Virus record (IMG/VR): IMGVR_UViG_3300032053_011398
Strand: one strand, 5' to 3'
Source of the DNA: a virus
DNA length: 64,000 nt
Of this stretch, positions 46,618-56,047 are shown in pieces (position 1 is the first letter of the stretch; the number at the start of each line of letters is the position of its first letter). A program made the translations under genes and the position numbers. A model generated the notes under the pieces. The model saw only the letters and a list, made by a program, of their open reading frames with translations, was not told where the DNA came from and searched no databases.

Positions 46618-48902
46618 AGCTTTTGCAATTCATTCACGATTCCATCATCAAAGAACGCCATTCGGCAGCGGCAATCATTTTCGCCGAAGGTGACCAGCCA
46701 GCCGCGCGCGGCCCGGATTGCCCCGCAAGGGAAGATCACGGAGTGCTGGGAAGGCCGATTATACTGAATTTTCTCCTCCTCGCCCGCCAAGAGTGGCACT
46801 TTGGACATGTAAACCGGCTTGAAGGGAGGCTTGGGATCGAAGGCGTAAACGCCGATAAAGTATTGACGGATGGGGCCGTAGGACTCCTCACGGATGTTGA
46901 CGCTGGAGTGGAAAAACGACCAGAGCAGCCCGTCGTGCAGCACCGGCGAGGAGCCGCCGCGCAGGTCGCCCCGCGTCCAGTTGTGGTCGAAGCGGGTCTC
47001 ATATACGAACTTGGTCGTGTGGTCTTCCACGCTGACCTCAAGAACCTTGTGAGGCACAATGCCGTAGGTAGCGAACAGCCGACCTTCCGCCTCGAAGAAC
47101 GTCCAGTTTTTCTCCGGCCTGGTGTGATACCAGGGGCGCTCTAGGTAAAAACTCTCCGCCGTGGTCATGTCGTCGTTTAATCGGGCGATACCGACCTCAA
47201 GAGAGTCGGTGTAGGCCAACCACAAATTTTCTTTGTAAACAAAAAACCTTGGGTCTTCCACGCAGTAGTTGCCAAACTTGGAATGGAGATCGAACACTCT
47301 GGTCGTCTCCAGGATTGGGTTCCATTCCCGATCCAGTTCGTTGACGGCAACCATCGAGAGTCGGAACCAGGGGATACACTCGACGCGATAAGCCAGGAAC
47401 TTTTTACCCTTCCAGATGGCCAGGCTGGGATTGAACCACGCCTCAACCCGGCCCTTTCTGCCGAATGTCCACTGGATGGCGTTGCGCTTCATCGGCAAAG
47501 GCAGGGGAATGGCCTGAAGCATCCGGCTGTTGTCGAACAGGTGCGTGGAAGCCATGCCGATACTTCGGTGCAGGCCGCTGATCGTGGCCGGGACGCCATT
47601 GTGGGTGTAGAATTCCTCAAACTTAGTGGGCTGCTCGACGACGTTAATTTCCGGGGCCTGGTGCGTCAGTTTTCGGACGTGCCATTTCTCCTTCCGGCGC
47701 GGATTGAGCGGCAGGTGCCTCAGCTCAGGAATGTAAACAAATTTGTCCTGGCCGTAGATGGCGTTGGGCCGCTTGAACAAGCAATTGGCGAGCTGTGGAT
47801 AGGTTTCCTGGACGGTGTTCACCTTTAGCCCCTCGGCAATAGCGTAGGGACAGCTCTGGTTGCCGACGAACAAATGACAGCCCGCAATCAGCCGGGCCAG
47901 TTCCAGGAGGTTGGCCGTCTGCGCGTGCGGAATCAGGCCGAAGTCCGAAACAAACGAGGCATACTCCTCCGGCGTGCCGATGAATACCATGTCGCGCCGG
48001 AACCTGTTCACGATGTCGTGCCAGGGGAACTGCGGATTGCGCCAACGATGGCTTCGGTGGACGAGCACGCTGCGCTTGAGAATGATCGGGTCAACATCCA
48101 ACCAGGGCACCTGATCGTTGAAAAAGGTCTCGGCGCTCAGGCAGCAGGCGTCGAGGGATTGAGTGACCAGGTTCTTCCCTGGTGCCGCGAAGTTGCGGAA
48201 CAGGTTCAGGTCGTAGTTCACAACCGGCATCTTCTCCGTGAAGTAAACTGACCGGACATAGGGCTGGGCCAGCATCAGGGGCGCGATGTTCTTGACCACC
48301 TTGGGCGACATGACTTCGCGCAAGTCCGGTTTTGGGTTCATCTTGATCTCCGTGCCCAAGTAAAAGATGCCGTGGCCCATGACCTTCAAGGCAGGCATGG
48401 AATAGATGATGTCACCCAAGTTGCCGCTATGATAGAGCCGCCATCCCTTGGGGTCATGGTTGCCCTCCATACGCTCAACCAAGCCGACCGCACCGACCTG
48501 GTGGGTCTTCACCAGCGGTGAATCCAGGGCCTTGTAAGCGCGGCGGTAAAATGACGTGCTATAGACCGGCTCATGGAGGTCGTGGCGCAGTTCGATTTTC
48601 AGGTAAGTCGTGGTCAGCCGAGCGTGGATGCTGAGCACGTCCCTGTGATACCACCAGCCAAGCGTCCAAAGCACGCAAATCTGGCCCCTGGCTGCCCGCA
48701 CACCAGCAGCAATAGCGTTTTCACCGTTGATCGGCTTGACCTGAATGCCATCTCCGAGGTCTTTGTCCAAAAGGTTTACAAAAACCAGCTCTTTGTGCGG
48801 ATGGCTCTGCCGGTGAAAGCTCCCATGGATGGAACCTATTGACCCTACGGTCTTTTCGTCCACCACCACGATTGTCGAAATCAGGACTGGGACATCGTTC
48901 AT
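46614..48902 (-). CDS. Fusion of a degenerate GT2-like domain, a GT9-like glycosyltransferase and a GH130-like beta-propeller glycosidase/phosphorylase
   Basis: HSGNLGDIIYS and LARLIAGCHLFVGNQS; FNPSL, VEDPR, EKNW, LRGGS and VIFPCGA. Confidence 0.7.
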   Translation of the reverse strand: MNDVPVLISTIVVVDEKTVGSIGSIHGSFHRQSHPHKELVFVNLLDKDLGDGIQVKPINGENAIAAGVRAARGQICVLWTLGWWYHRDVLSIHARLTTTYLKIELRHDLHEPVYSTSFYRRAYKALDSPLVKTHQVGAVGLVERMEGNHDPKGWRLYHSGNLGDIIYSMPALKVMGHGIFYLGTEIKMNPKPDLREVMSPKVVKNIAPLMLAQPYVRSVYFTEKMPVVNYDLNLFRNFAAPGKNLVTQSLDACCLSAETFFNDQVPWLDVDPIILKRSVLVHRSHRWRNPQFPWHDIVNRFRRDMVFIGTPEEYASFVSDFGLIPHAQTANLLELARLIAGCHLFVGNQSCPYAIAEGLKVNTVQETYPQLANCLFKRPNAIYGQDKFVYIPELRHLPLNPRRKEKWHVRKLTHQAPEINVVEQPTKFEEFYTHNGVPATISGLHRSIGMASTHLFDNSRMLQAIPLPLPMKRNAIQWTFGRKGRVEAWFNPSLAIWKGKKFLAYRVECIPWFRLSMVAVNELDREWNPILETTRVFDLHSKFGNYCVEDPRFFVYKENLWLAYTDSLEVGIARLNDDMTTAESFYLERPWYHTRPEKNWTFFEAEGRLFATYGIVPHKVLEVSVEDHTTKFVYETRFDHNWTRGDLRGGSSPVLHDGLLWSFFHSSVNIREESYGPIRQYFIGVYAFDPKPPFKPVYMSKVPLLAGEEEKIQYNRPSQHSVIFPCGAIRAARGWLVTFGENDCRCRMAFFDDGIVNELQKL

Positions 48903-50629
48903 ACGCGGCGAATCTGCAACCCGGCCAAATAGCCAAGAACTTCGATTCTGATAGTAGAACCGGGAACAATATCCAGGCTGCTGAACAGAACGTAGTTGTC
49001 ATCCTGAATCCAGGAGGTTGCCCCCGTGGGGGTAGTCGTCGCGCTGAGGATGGTTCCGCCGTCCACCTGGACGTAGTAGTCGGAACCACTGCCACTGAAA
49101 GTCTGATTGCTGTAAAGGTAAAGCCCATAAATGCCGGGAGGCAGGCCGTGGAGCCGAAAGACGGTGGTATAGGGGACGCCGCCCATATCGAACCCGCCGA
49201 TCCAGGTCATCAGCATCCCGTTCCAGGTCGCTGTGACACCACTGTTATTCACCAAGGGAGCAACCCGTTCCAGCCAGATGCGCGTGTCCACCTGCTTGGC
49301 GTCCTTCAGGTAGATGTAAGACACCGAGGAGTAGGTGAAGCAGACTTCGGGTGTGCCGCCATAGCCGTAGGAGCAGTAGCAGTCCCGGTAATCCTTTGTG
49401 TAAAGCACCGGCACGTAGATGTTCCAGTAGTCGCTGGTGTCGCCGACCACCGCAGGCCCCCAGTAGCGGGTGACCGTGATCCCGTTCTCGGTGTCGAAAT
49501 TGTCGTTGAGCAGCACGGTGCTGCCGGTGAGGTCTTCGAGCACTACATCATCCAGCAGCGACCCAAAAGCTTGACCGGGATCGGTTTCCAAGGCGATTTT
49601 GCGGAACGAAATGGTGCCGGTGGAACCATCGCCAGTAAAATCGACGTAGTAGTCCTGGAAATCCTGCATCCAGTCGGTGATGTCCAGGTTGGCATCGACC
49701 AGTGCCCCGGCTTTGTAATTCAGAATTTCGTGGGCACGAGCAAGGCGCTGGTTGCCCGCCGCCCGCCAGCTTAACCGGAAGATGTGCCCGGTCGTGAAGG
49801 TAAAGGTCGTCTTGCTCTCCATACGGCCATACCAGCTCATCGAACCTCCGGCATTGCCGCTGCCCGCCATATCCACATAAAGGCCATTGCCGGGCCTGAA
49901 GTCATAAAATCCCCTGCCGATCAAATCGACGCTGCCGTTGTCCACCACGTTGAAGTTTATGAAAAACGAGTAGCTGAGCGCCCCCCGGCCTTCGAGCACG
50001 GTGCCATCACTGCCGTTGAAGTCAATGTCCGCCAGCACAGGCGGATGATAGCCAAAAATGTTTACAAAATAATGGACACCGTTGACGATGATCTGGCGGA
50101 TGACCGAAAGGAATGTCCGAGGGAGCCGGTCGGCAGCTTCTCGAATGAAGCCTGTGCGCCCAATCGCGTGGGTGCCGTCCTGGACCTGAAAATGGCGGCT
50201 GACCGAAGCTGGATCATGCGGCGTGCCCATCCATTTGATCTGGAAGAAAAGCTCGTCCGTCAGGAGGTTGCCGATCACGTCGCCGCGCACCACCGGCGTC
50301 GCCGTCTGAACCGTGCAGGAGGCCAGACCATGGACGGTCGTCCAGATTTCGTTGCCGTGGTCAATCGTGACCTCGTAGGTTGGCTGCGTTCCCAAGAGCG
50401 TATTGGGCGTGAATTTCCAGATCGAAAAAATCAAGCGAATCGAAATGACTTTGCCGTCCCCAGCAGCCAATACCTGCTCTCCCGGCTCGAAGCGGTAGCA
50501 GCACCCCAGGTTGGTTTCGCCCTCAACGGAGAAGTCCTCCAGGAGGAACAACTTCTTCCGGCTCGGCGGACGAAGTTTCTGGAGTGTCCACCGCGCTGGA
50601 AATTTCAATGGCGATAGGTCTGGAGTCAT
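48899..50629 (-). CDS. Virion protein with a degenerate M23 peptidase-like N-terminus and beta-sandwich domains
   Basis: VLAAGDGKV..VTIDHGN..HGL..VVRGDVIG; the catalytic HxH is replaced (ELFF). Confidence 0.6.
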   Translation of the reverse strand: MTPDLSPLKFPARWTLQKLRPPSRKKLFLLEDFSVEGETNLGCCYRFEPGEQVLAAGDGKVISIRLIFSIWKFTPNTLLGTQPTYEVTIDHGNEIWTTVHGLASCTVQTATPVVRGDVIGNLLTDELFFQIKWMGTPHDPASVSRHFQVQDGTHAIGRTGFIREAADRLPRTFLSVIRQIIVNGVHYFVNIFGYHPPVLADIDFNGSDGTVLEGRGALSYSFFINFNVVDNGSVDLIGRGFYDFRPGNGLYVDMAGSGNAGGSMSWYGRMESKTTFTFTTGHIFRLSWRAAGNQRLARAHEILNYKAGALVDANLDITDWMQDFQDYYVDFTGDGSTGTISFRKIALETDPGQAFGSLLDDVVLEDLTGSTVLLNDNFDTENGITVTRYWGPAVVGDTSDYWNIYVPVLYTKDYRDCYCSYGYGGTPEVCFTYSSVSYIYLKDAKQVDTRIWLERVAPLVNNSGVTATWNGMLMTWIGGFDMGGVPYTTVFRLHGLPPGIYGLYLYSNQTFSGSGSDYYVQVDGGTILSATTTPTGATSWIQDDNYVLFSSLDIVPGSTIRIEVLGYLAGLQIRRV

Positions 50630-50638
50630 AATGTCACT

Positions 50639-51448
50639 CTAAGTAGCGTTCTGAGGCACTTGTTGAATGTCGTCGGCGTAGAACGTCGTGGACAGCGTGA
50701 CGATCTTCGCCGCCTCATAGCTCAGATCGCTGATTTTGAACCCACCGAGCCAGCAGTTCACCAACCGGTATTCCATCGAAAACTCAAGGTCGTTAATGAC
50801 GGAGTTGTCAGCAGCGTAGTTGGACACGGCCTCGCCGACTGTTTGCAGGGTTGAAAAGCCGAAAGCTCCAGCCAGGGCGCTCGCAGTCATGAGGGCCTTT
50901 TGACCGGCAGCAGTGTCATAGACTCGCGGGTTGGAGCAGCCGCGCAGCAAGAGCAGGCGCACGTCGAAACAGTAGTCGATCCGGTAATCCGTGTTTAGGC
51001 GGATCGAGCTTTCGCCCGACATCGGGCCGCGCCCAGCCCGAACAACCATCCTCCAACCATCGAGCATCTGGTAGATGTCCGACTTGTAGGGCGACCGGTT
51101 GGCCGTGCCCGTGGCCCCGCTGGTGTAAGAGTCCAGGATGAAGGTCATCGTGATCGGCTCCAGGGCTTCCTCCCAGGCTGGTGTGGGGTAGGCCCGTGAA
51201 TCACGCCGGATCGGTTCTGCCCGCACTTTCAGCTCTGGAAGGGTGACGGATTGCGCAAAATACGACTGCAACTTGGGCGGCAGATAAAAAGCAGCCAAAC
51301 CGTCCGTCATCGGCTTGCTGTATAAGATGCTCAGGTTCAATCCCGCCAGGGCATCTTTGAAGTCCACGATCCAAAAATCGGAGCGTTGAGCTTCGAGGCC
51401 CGATGTTCGGCCCCAAAGATTGGTCTGGTTGTCGATTACGCGACTCAC
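50639..51448 (-). CDS. Tail tube-like / tube initiator (gp54/gp19-like) protein
   Basis: FAQSVTLP, ITMTF, YRLVNCW...DLSY...F.AD tube-fold pattern. Confidence 0.7.
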   Translation of the reverse strand: MSRVIDNQTNLWGRTSGLEAQRSDFWIVDFKDALAGLNLSILYSKPMTDGLAAFYLPPKLQSYFAQSVTLPELKVRAEPIRRDSRAYPTPAWEEALEPITMTFILDSYTSGATGTANRSPYKSDIYQMLDGWRMVVRAGRGPMSGESSIRLNTDYRIDYCFDVRLLLLRGCSNPRVYDTAAGQKALMTASALAGAFGFSTLQTVGEAVSNYAADNSVINDLEFSMEYRLVNCWLGGFKISDLSYEAAKIVTLSTTFYADDIQQVPQNAT

Positions 51449-51451
51449 GCT

Positions 51452-51459
51452 GTAACTAC
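51452..51459. promoter_or_regulatory. Overlapping bidirectional motif (GTAGTTA on minus, GTAACTA on plus) in an 18-bp divergent gap
   Basis: The two starts (51448 and 51467) are only 18 bp apart. Confidence 0.55.
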
Positions 51460-51466
51460 TCTGGAC

Positions 51467-52564
51467 ATGGGTTTGCCTGGAACATACGCCGGTTTGGTTG
51501 AAGACGACAAAGACCCGGAAAAGCTTGGCCGATTAAAGGTCAGAGTCCCGCACGCTTACGGAGCAGTCGGCGGCGTCTTTGGAGCGATCAGCACGGAAAA
51601 TCTGCCCTGGGCGCTGCCTGCGGGCCTGCCGAATGGCCTTTCCCAGCAGAGCGGCGGCTTCGACTGGCTCCCGATAATCGGCGACCAGGTGCTCGTGCGT
51701 TTCCTTGACGGAGAACCAGAAAAGCCCGTTTACGAGTGGTTCATGCAGACGCAAAAGGCCGCTCAGAGCTTCAAACTGCACCAATACAAGGACGCGCCAG
51801 GGAGCACTCCCGGCAGCAGTGGCGGCAGCCCCAAGCGCGGAGCACTGGTGCGCTACGGCCACACCGTGGAGTGGAACTCGGATGGCCTGATCCTAACCAC
51901 CAGCAAAGGCTACCGGCTGCTCCTGACCGACGCTAGCAAAGCGGGCAATGACGGCGACATCCAGCTCGCCACGGCGATGGGCCAATACTTCGAGTTCGAT
52001 GACCAGCTCAACCAGTGCAATTTGAACGTCAATCAGGACTGGCAGATCAACGTCGGCAACCAGATGGTCGCTATTTGCGACGCCATCAGCCTCCAAACGA
52101 TGGCCAACGAAATCGAGATGATCTCCGGCAGCTACATGTCCATCGACACCCTGGGCAATCTGGAGGTTACCATCGGCGGCGATTGGAAAATGGACGTAAC
52201 CGGCGATACCTTCTTGACGCTGGTTGGTGACGCGACTATCGACGTGACCGGAAGTTGGATAATGAGCGTGTTCACCGATGTCAATTTGACCGTCACCGGC
52301 CTTTTGGATGTCACCAGCACGGCGGGGATCAGTGTCGGCACCCCAGCGATCATGGCGCTGGACTTCGGCAGCCTGTTCCTGGGCACTGGGTCAACCGAAG
52401 CTTATGTCCTTGGAAATAGGCTGCTTACCTATCTGACCAACCTTGTTACGACCTTGCTCGGTCACACCCATACCGATCCACAGGGAGGCGCAACCGGCCC
52501 GATGTTACCTCCGCCAATCCTGCCCACCATTGCCCTGCTCAGCACCGTCATCAAGGGTAAGTAG
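51467..52564 (+). CDS. Baseplate central spike, gp5/VgrG/gpV-like
   Basis: DPEKLGRLKVRVP, LPWA and P.IGDQVLVRF OB-fold; beta-helix repeats; C-terminal HTH (HxH) metal-binding apex. Confidence 0.85.
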   Translation: MGLPGTYAGLVEDDKDPEKLGRLKVRVPHAYGAVGGVFGAISTENLPWALPAGLPNGLSQQSGGFDWLPIIGDQVLVRFLDGEPEKPVYEWFMQTQKAAQSFKLHQYKDAPGSTPGSSGGSPKRGALVRYGHTVEWNSDGLILTTSKGYRLLLTDASKAGNDGDIQLATAMGQYFEFDDQLNQCNLNVNQDWQINVGNQMVAICDAISLQTMANEIEMISGSYMSIDTLGNLEVTIGGDWKMDVTGDTFLTLVGDATIDVTGSWIMSVFTDVNLTVTGLLDVTSTAGISVGTPAIMALDFGSLFLGTGSTEAYVLGNRLLTYLTNLVTTLLGHTHTDPQGGATGPMLPPPILPTIALLSTVIKGK

Positions 52565-52600
52565 ATTTTGTAAACAAACCTTTCTCGTTCTTCTCGCTGT

Positions 52601-53518
52601 ATGGCATTCCAATCGAAGCTGACCAGCCTGGAACCGCGCAGGCTGCGATTTCAAAAGCGGATCAAGCTGCTGTCGGGCGGCTACGTGAAACCAGACTCGT
52701 TTCCGAACGGCGAGATCACGGTATTCCCCTGGGATGCCAACATCGACGATTGGCTCGCCGAGCGCGTCCGCAAGGGCAACCGGGATATGTTGCTGTTCGA
52801 CCTGTGCGCCCAGGTCTGCGATTTGAATGGCTGCCCCCTGGATGCGTTCGTGATCGGCGATGTGAACACGGTTCTGTTGGTCTCACGGTCGCTCCGTTAC
52901 AACGGCATCGTGGAATACGAATGCACGTGCCCCAACTGCCGCACCACGACCGTCGAGACGATCACCGTGCCCGATGAGCTTGGCCGGGTTGGTGAGAAAG
53001 ACACCAGCTACCCTGGCTTCGACACCCTCACGCTGCCGGAGTGCCAGGACGTGCTCCAAGTGCGCCCGCTCCAGGTGAAGGACGAAAGCATCATCTTGGC
53101 CCGTGAGCCAGCCTCCAAGGCGCTCATGACGGATCGGGTTATGCACATCCTGATGCCCATTGTCTCCATCAACGACGGCAAGCCAGACGCTTGGGAGGAA
53201 GCGACGCGCTGGTATAACGCACTGTCGCCCTCTGATGCCCAATACTTGGAGGACCGAGAGAACGAACTGTATCCCCACCTCGCTACTGAGATTCCGCACC
53301 TGTGCGACCAGTGCCAAAAAAAGTTCAAGCATACCTTGGACTTTACAGCGGAATTTTTTCGTCCAAGCCTCAAGCCGAGCCACGGAACTAAGATGGCATC
53401 AAATGTTCGACCTGGCGTGGAACGGGAAGGGGCTAATTTTAAATCTCAGGGAAGTGCCGGACCAATTTCTGGAGCAGATGGTGGGTTGGGCAAACGAAAA
53501 GATCGAAGCGCAAAATGA
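52601..53518 (+). CDS. Baseplate hub assembly protein / tail chaperone (T4 gp26-like)
   Basis: CTCPNC, VRPLQVKDE, CDQC...EFFRP. Confidence 0.7.
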   Translation: MAFQSKLTSLEPRRLRFQKRIKLLSGGYVKPDSFPNGEITVFPWDANIDDWLAERVRKGNRDMLLFDLCAQVCDLNGCPLDAFVIGDVNTVLLVSRSLRYNGIVEYECTCPNCRTTTVETITVPDELGRVGEKDTSYPGFDTLTLPECQDVLQVRPLQVKDESIILAREPASKALMTDRVMHILMPIVSINDGKPDAWEEATRWYNALSPSDAQYLEDRENELYPHLATEIPHLCDQCQKKFKHTLDFTAEFFRPSLKPSHGTKMASNVRPGVEREGANFKSQGSAGPISGADGGLGKRKDRSAK

Positions 53519-53546
53519 CCAATTAAGCGGATTGGCCGGACCATGA
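53352..53546 (+). CDS. Overlapping +1-frame ORF: frameshift extension, or a small chaperone starting at ATG 53403
   Basis: Helical, protein-like sequence (WHQMFDLAWNGKG..LREVP); its stop is ATGA-coupled to the next gene. Confidence 0.55.
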   Translation, partial: NFFVQASSRATELRWHQMFDLAWNGKGLILNLREVPDQFLEQMVGWANEKIEAQNDQLSGLAGP

Positions 53547-54421
53547 CCGATATTATCCTCGACGGAAATTCGCTCTTTGCCCGATGCTGGTTTGCCGTGA
53601 AAGAAGACCCGGAGGCAACCCGCAGAGTCTTTGTCCAGTCGGCGCTCCAGCTCCTCGATCAAAATGAGGGCCGGATCAACATGCCCATCACGCGGACGCT
53701 GTTCGGTTGGGACGGCCATGCCAAGACCGACAAGCCACGCCAACCCAAGCCCCAGGCTTATGCGGACACCCGCAAGCGTGTCCAGGAAGACATCCTGACG
53801 CTTTTTGACACCACCAACGGCTACCACCCCGACTACGAGGCGGACGACATTGTGGCGACCGTCGTGTTCAATTCCAAGGCCGAGCAAATCGTCGTCGTGA
53901 GCGGCGACAAAGACCTCATGCAGCTCCAGGGCGGCAACGTGGCCTACTACTGCCTGAACTCGAAATCAATGCTGCCGTCCCGCACGATCTGCCATAAATT
54001 TGCTGTCAAGCGCCCGTCCCAAGTCGCCATTGCCCTGGCCATCATCGGTGATCGCGGCGACGGCGTTGGCGGCATACCGAAATGGGGGCCGAAGAAGGTC
54101 GAGAAGCTGTTCAAAGCCGTGACCGAGGCCATGAATTTCGAGTCGGCCCTGGTGACCATCCAAGCCCAAATTCCCGGAAACTTGCTGCCCTTCTTCTTAG
54201 ACTCGCTAGACAAGACCCTGCTCTACAGTGATGTGCCTGGCGTGCCAGAACCATCCGAGTTGAGGTTCTGCTCCAGCCGCGAGTTGATGGCGCTGGGCAT
54301 CAAGGAAATCGCGCAAAGCTACGAGCGCGTCGCCCGGCAGTATGAAGACGGAGGAGGAGGAGAAGCAACCCTGGACGAGATGCTTAAATCAAGCCGTCCT
54401 GCAACAGCGCGGTCAGTATAA
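53543..54421 (+). CDS. 5'-3' exonuclease / flap endonuclease (T4 RNase H-like)
   Basis: ILDGNS, EADDIVA, SGDKDLMQL, GDRGDGVGGIPKWGPK. Confidence 0.9.
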   Translation: MTDIILDGNSLFARCWFAVKEDPEATRRVFVQSALQLLDQNEGRINMPITRTLFGWDGHAKTDKPRQPKPQAYADTRKRVQEDILTLFDTTNGYHPDYEADDIVATVVFNSKAEQIVVVSGDKDLMQLQGGNVAYYCLNSKSMLPSRTICHKFAVKRPSQVAIALAIIGDRGDGVGGIPKWGPKKVEKLFKAVTEAMNFESALVTIQAQIPGNLLPFFLDSLDKTLLYSDVPGVPEPSELRFCSSRELMALGIKEIAQSYERVARQYEDGGGGEATLDEMLKSSRPATARSV

Positions 54422-55157
54422 TTTTGGTATTGAGCGAAGATTCGTAGTGCTTCGCGTAGCCCTCGTCCTCGCTGCCGCCCGCGTAGTCAAAGCGAGACCT
54501 GTCATCCGGGCGTTCTCTTTCCCGCCGTTCTTTGCGCTGCTTCTTATTTGCTTCTACTTCCGCGTCCCCCTTCTTCTTCAATATATCGGCATCAGTGTTA
54601 AGTTCAGACCAGCAATCGTCGCACACCGATCCGCCAAGGGGAGGCATAAGAGCGTGCGTGCCTGGTTTTCCGCACTTCCAACAACGATCAAGACCGGGAT
54701 CTGGTTCTTGCGCTTTACCTTGTGCTTTTCCCCCGACCAGACCCGGCAGCATGTCTAAAACGCCGTAACCTAACCTGCCAAGCGCAACCTTGTTTCTTTC
54801 GTGCCAGCCGAGGGGATCATTGGGTGACCCGGACACAAGCGCCAAAGTTCTAGCATTCTTGTCAAGCTGATAAACCTGACCCGTGGCAGGCACCGCCCAC
54901 TGCTGGCCATCCTGCATCCGATTCAACAAGGCCGTAAACCAAGCGAGATGAGCTGGACTCGGCTGCCAAGCGGCAGGCGCGAGCACAGGGGTTGCAGCTC
55001 CGGCCATACTAAATGGATTGGCGCTGATGGCCCCCAGTATCTTGCCCATGAGGCCAAAGAATCCGCGCCTGTTCAGCGCCTCAGCGACTTCAGTGTCGTC
55101 CTCCAGCAGCGCGGCCAGGATAATCTCGGTGTTGGTTGGCGCAAGATAGCGGCTCAC
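54384..55157 (-). CDS. Hypothetical protein with an internal twin-arginine motif, a zinc finger and a duplicated terminal peptide
   Basis: LNRRGFF; CWKCG..CDDC; NTEIILAALLED / NTKIILTALLQD. Confidence 0.65.
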   Translation of the reverse strand: MSRYLAPTNTEIILAALLEDDTEVAEALNRRGFFGLMGKILGAISANPFSMAGAATPVLAPAAWQPSPAHLAWFTALLNRMQDGQQWAVPATGQVYQLDKNARTLALVSGSPNDPLGWHERNKVALGRLGYGVLDMLPGLVGGKAQGKAQEPDPGLDRCWKCGKPGTHALMPPLGGSVCDDCWSELNTDADILKKKGDAEVEANKKQRKERRERERPDDRSRFDYAGGSEDEGYAKHYESSLNTKIILTALLQDGLI

Positions 55158-55507
55158 AGATTCAAGATCGGAACCGCCCCACCTGAATCACGGTTGAAAT
55201 AGCGCGTGATGGCGAACTCCAGGAAAGCACCCCCGGAGGCGTTGCCAATCATTTGGATTTTGGAGTTGCTAGATTCGCACTCGATCAGCTTGGTCTCGTT
55301 CGCCGAAAGCGTGTTGTAGAAGTCGCTGCCGCTGGCTCCCATGTCCACCCAAATTGATCCGTTCCACTCCTGGAAACGGTAGTTCATTGTGTTGACGCCA
55401 GAGTTTTTGAGAATGATAGCGGCATCCACGGGCGACGGTTGGATGATGGTAAACAGCGTGCCAAGAGCCTCGCCAACCACTTGGCTGTCAGTAACATGTA
55501 TGACCAT
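55154..55507 (-). CDS. Small beta-rich structural protein
   Basis: Within the tail operon; coupled gene spacing. Confidence 0.7.
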   Translation of the reverse strand: MVIHVTDSQVVGEALGTLFTIIQPSPVDAAIILKNSGVNTMNYRFQEWNGSIWVDMGASGSDFYNTLSANETKLIECESSNSKIQMIGNASGGAFLEFAITRYFNRDSGGAVPILNL

Positions 55508-55510
55508 AAA

Positions 55511-56047
55511 TCAAAAGCGTATCCGCCAGGTTAAAGTTAGGCTGAAATCGGAGGTCTTGTTGATCCCGACGCTGCGGACTTTCCGCGCCAGGAGCGTGTT
55601 GTTGCCGGAGAACAGACCGAACTCGGTCAAGAGGTAGCCGTTGGCGTCGCCGACCGCGACATTGAAACCAACGCGCATGACGAAGGCCGTCAGGAAGTCA
55701 ACGCTGGTGATCTTGGCTACGGTCGCTCCGAACCCAGAGGCCAGCGCCACGGCAGATTCCAGGGCAACATCCGTTACTCTGGCGGCGGTCAAGCCAGTGC
55801 CCACCGCAAATTTTTGGACGGTGTAATTCTCGATAGGGGCACGGAAACCAAAGGCGTAAGCCAGAAGTTGACGGCCTTGGTCCAAAAATAAGTTTCGCCC
55901 CAGGCAAGCTTCATCGTGGCCGACACTCCAACCGCTCGGCGTTCGCTCCGGGGTGATCCATCCGTAATCACAAGCCTTGCGGAGTGGCAATTCCTTGCCA
56001 TCCGCAAGCGTGATCTTGGAAACCGTGATTAGACCTTCAGCTCGCAT
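55511..56047 (-). CDS. Baseplate/tail-fibre attachment (tail-collar-like) protein
   Basis: FAVGTG...TDVALE...ANGYLLTEFGLF...LLARK...INKTSDFSLTLTWRIRF. Confidence 0.75.
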   Translation of the reverse strand: MRAEGLITVSKITLADGKELPLRKACDYGWITPERTPSGWSVGHDEACLGRNLFLDQGRQLLAYAFGFRAPIENYTVQKFAVGTGLTAARVTDVALESAVALASGFGATVAKITSVDFLTAFVMRVGFNVAVGDANGYLLTEFGLFSGNNTLLARKVRSVGINKTSDFSLTLTWRIRF

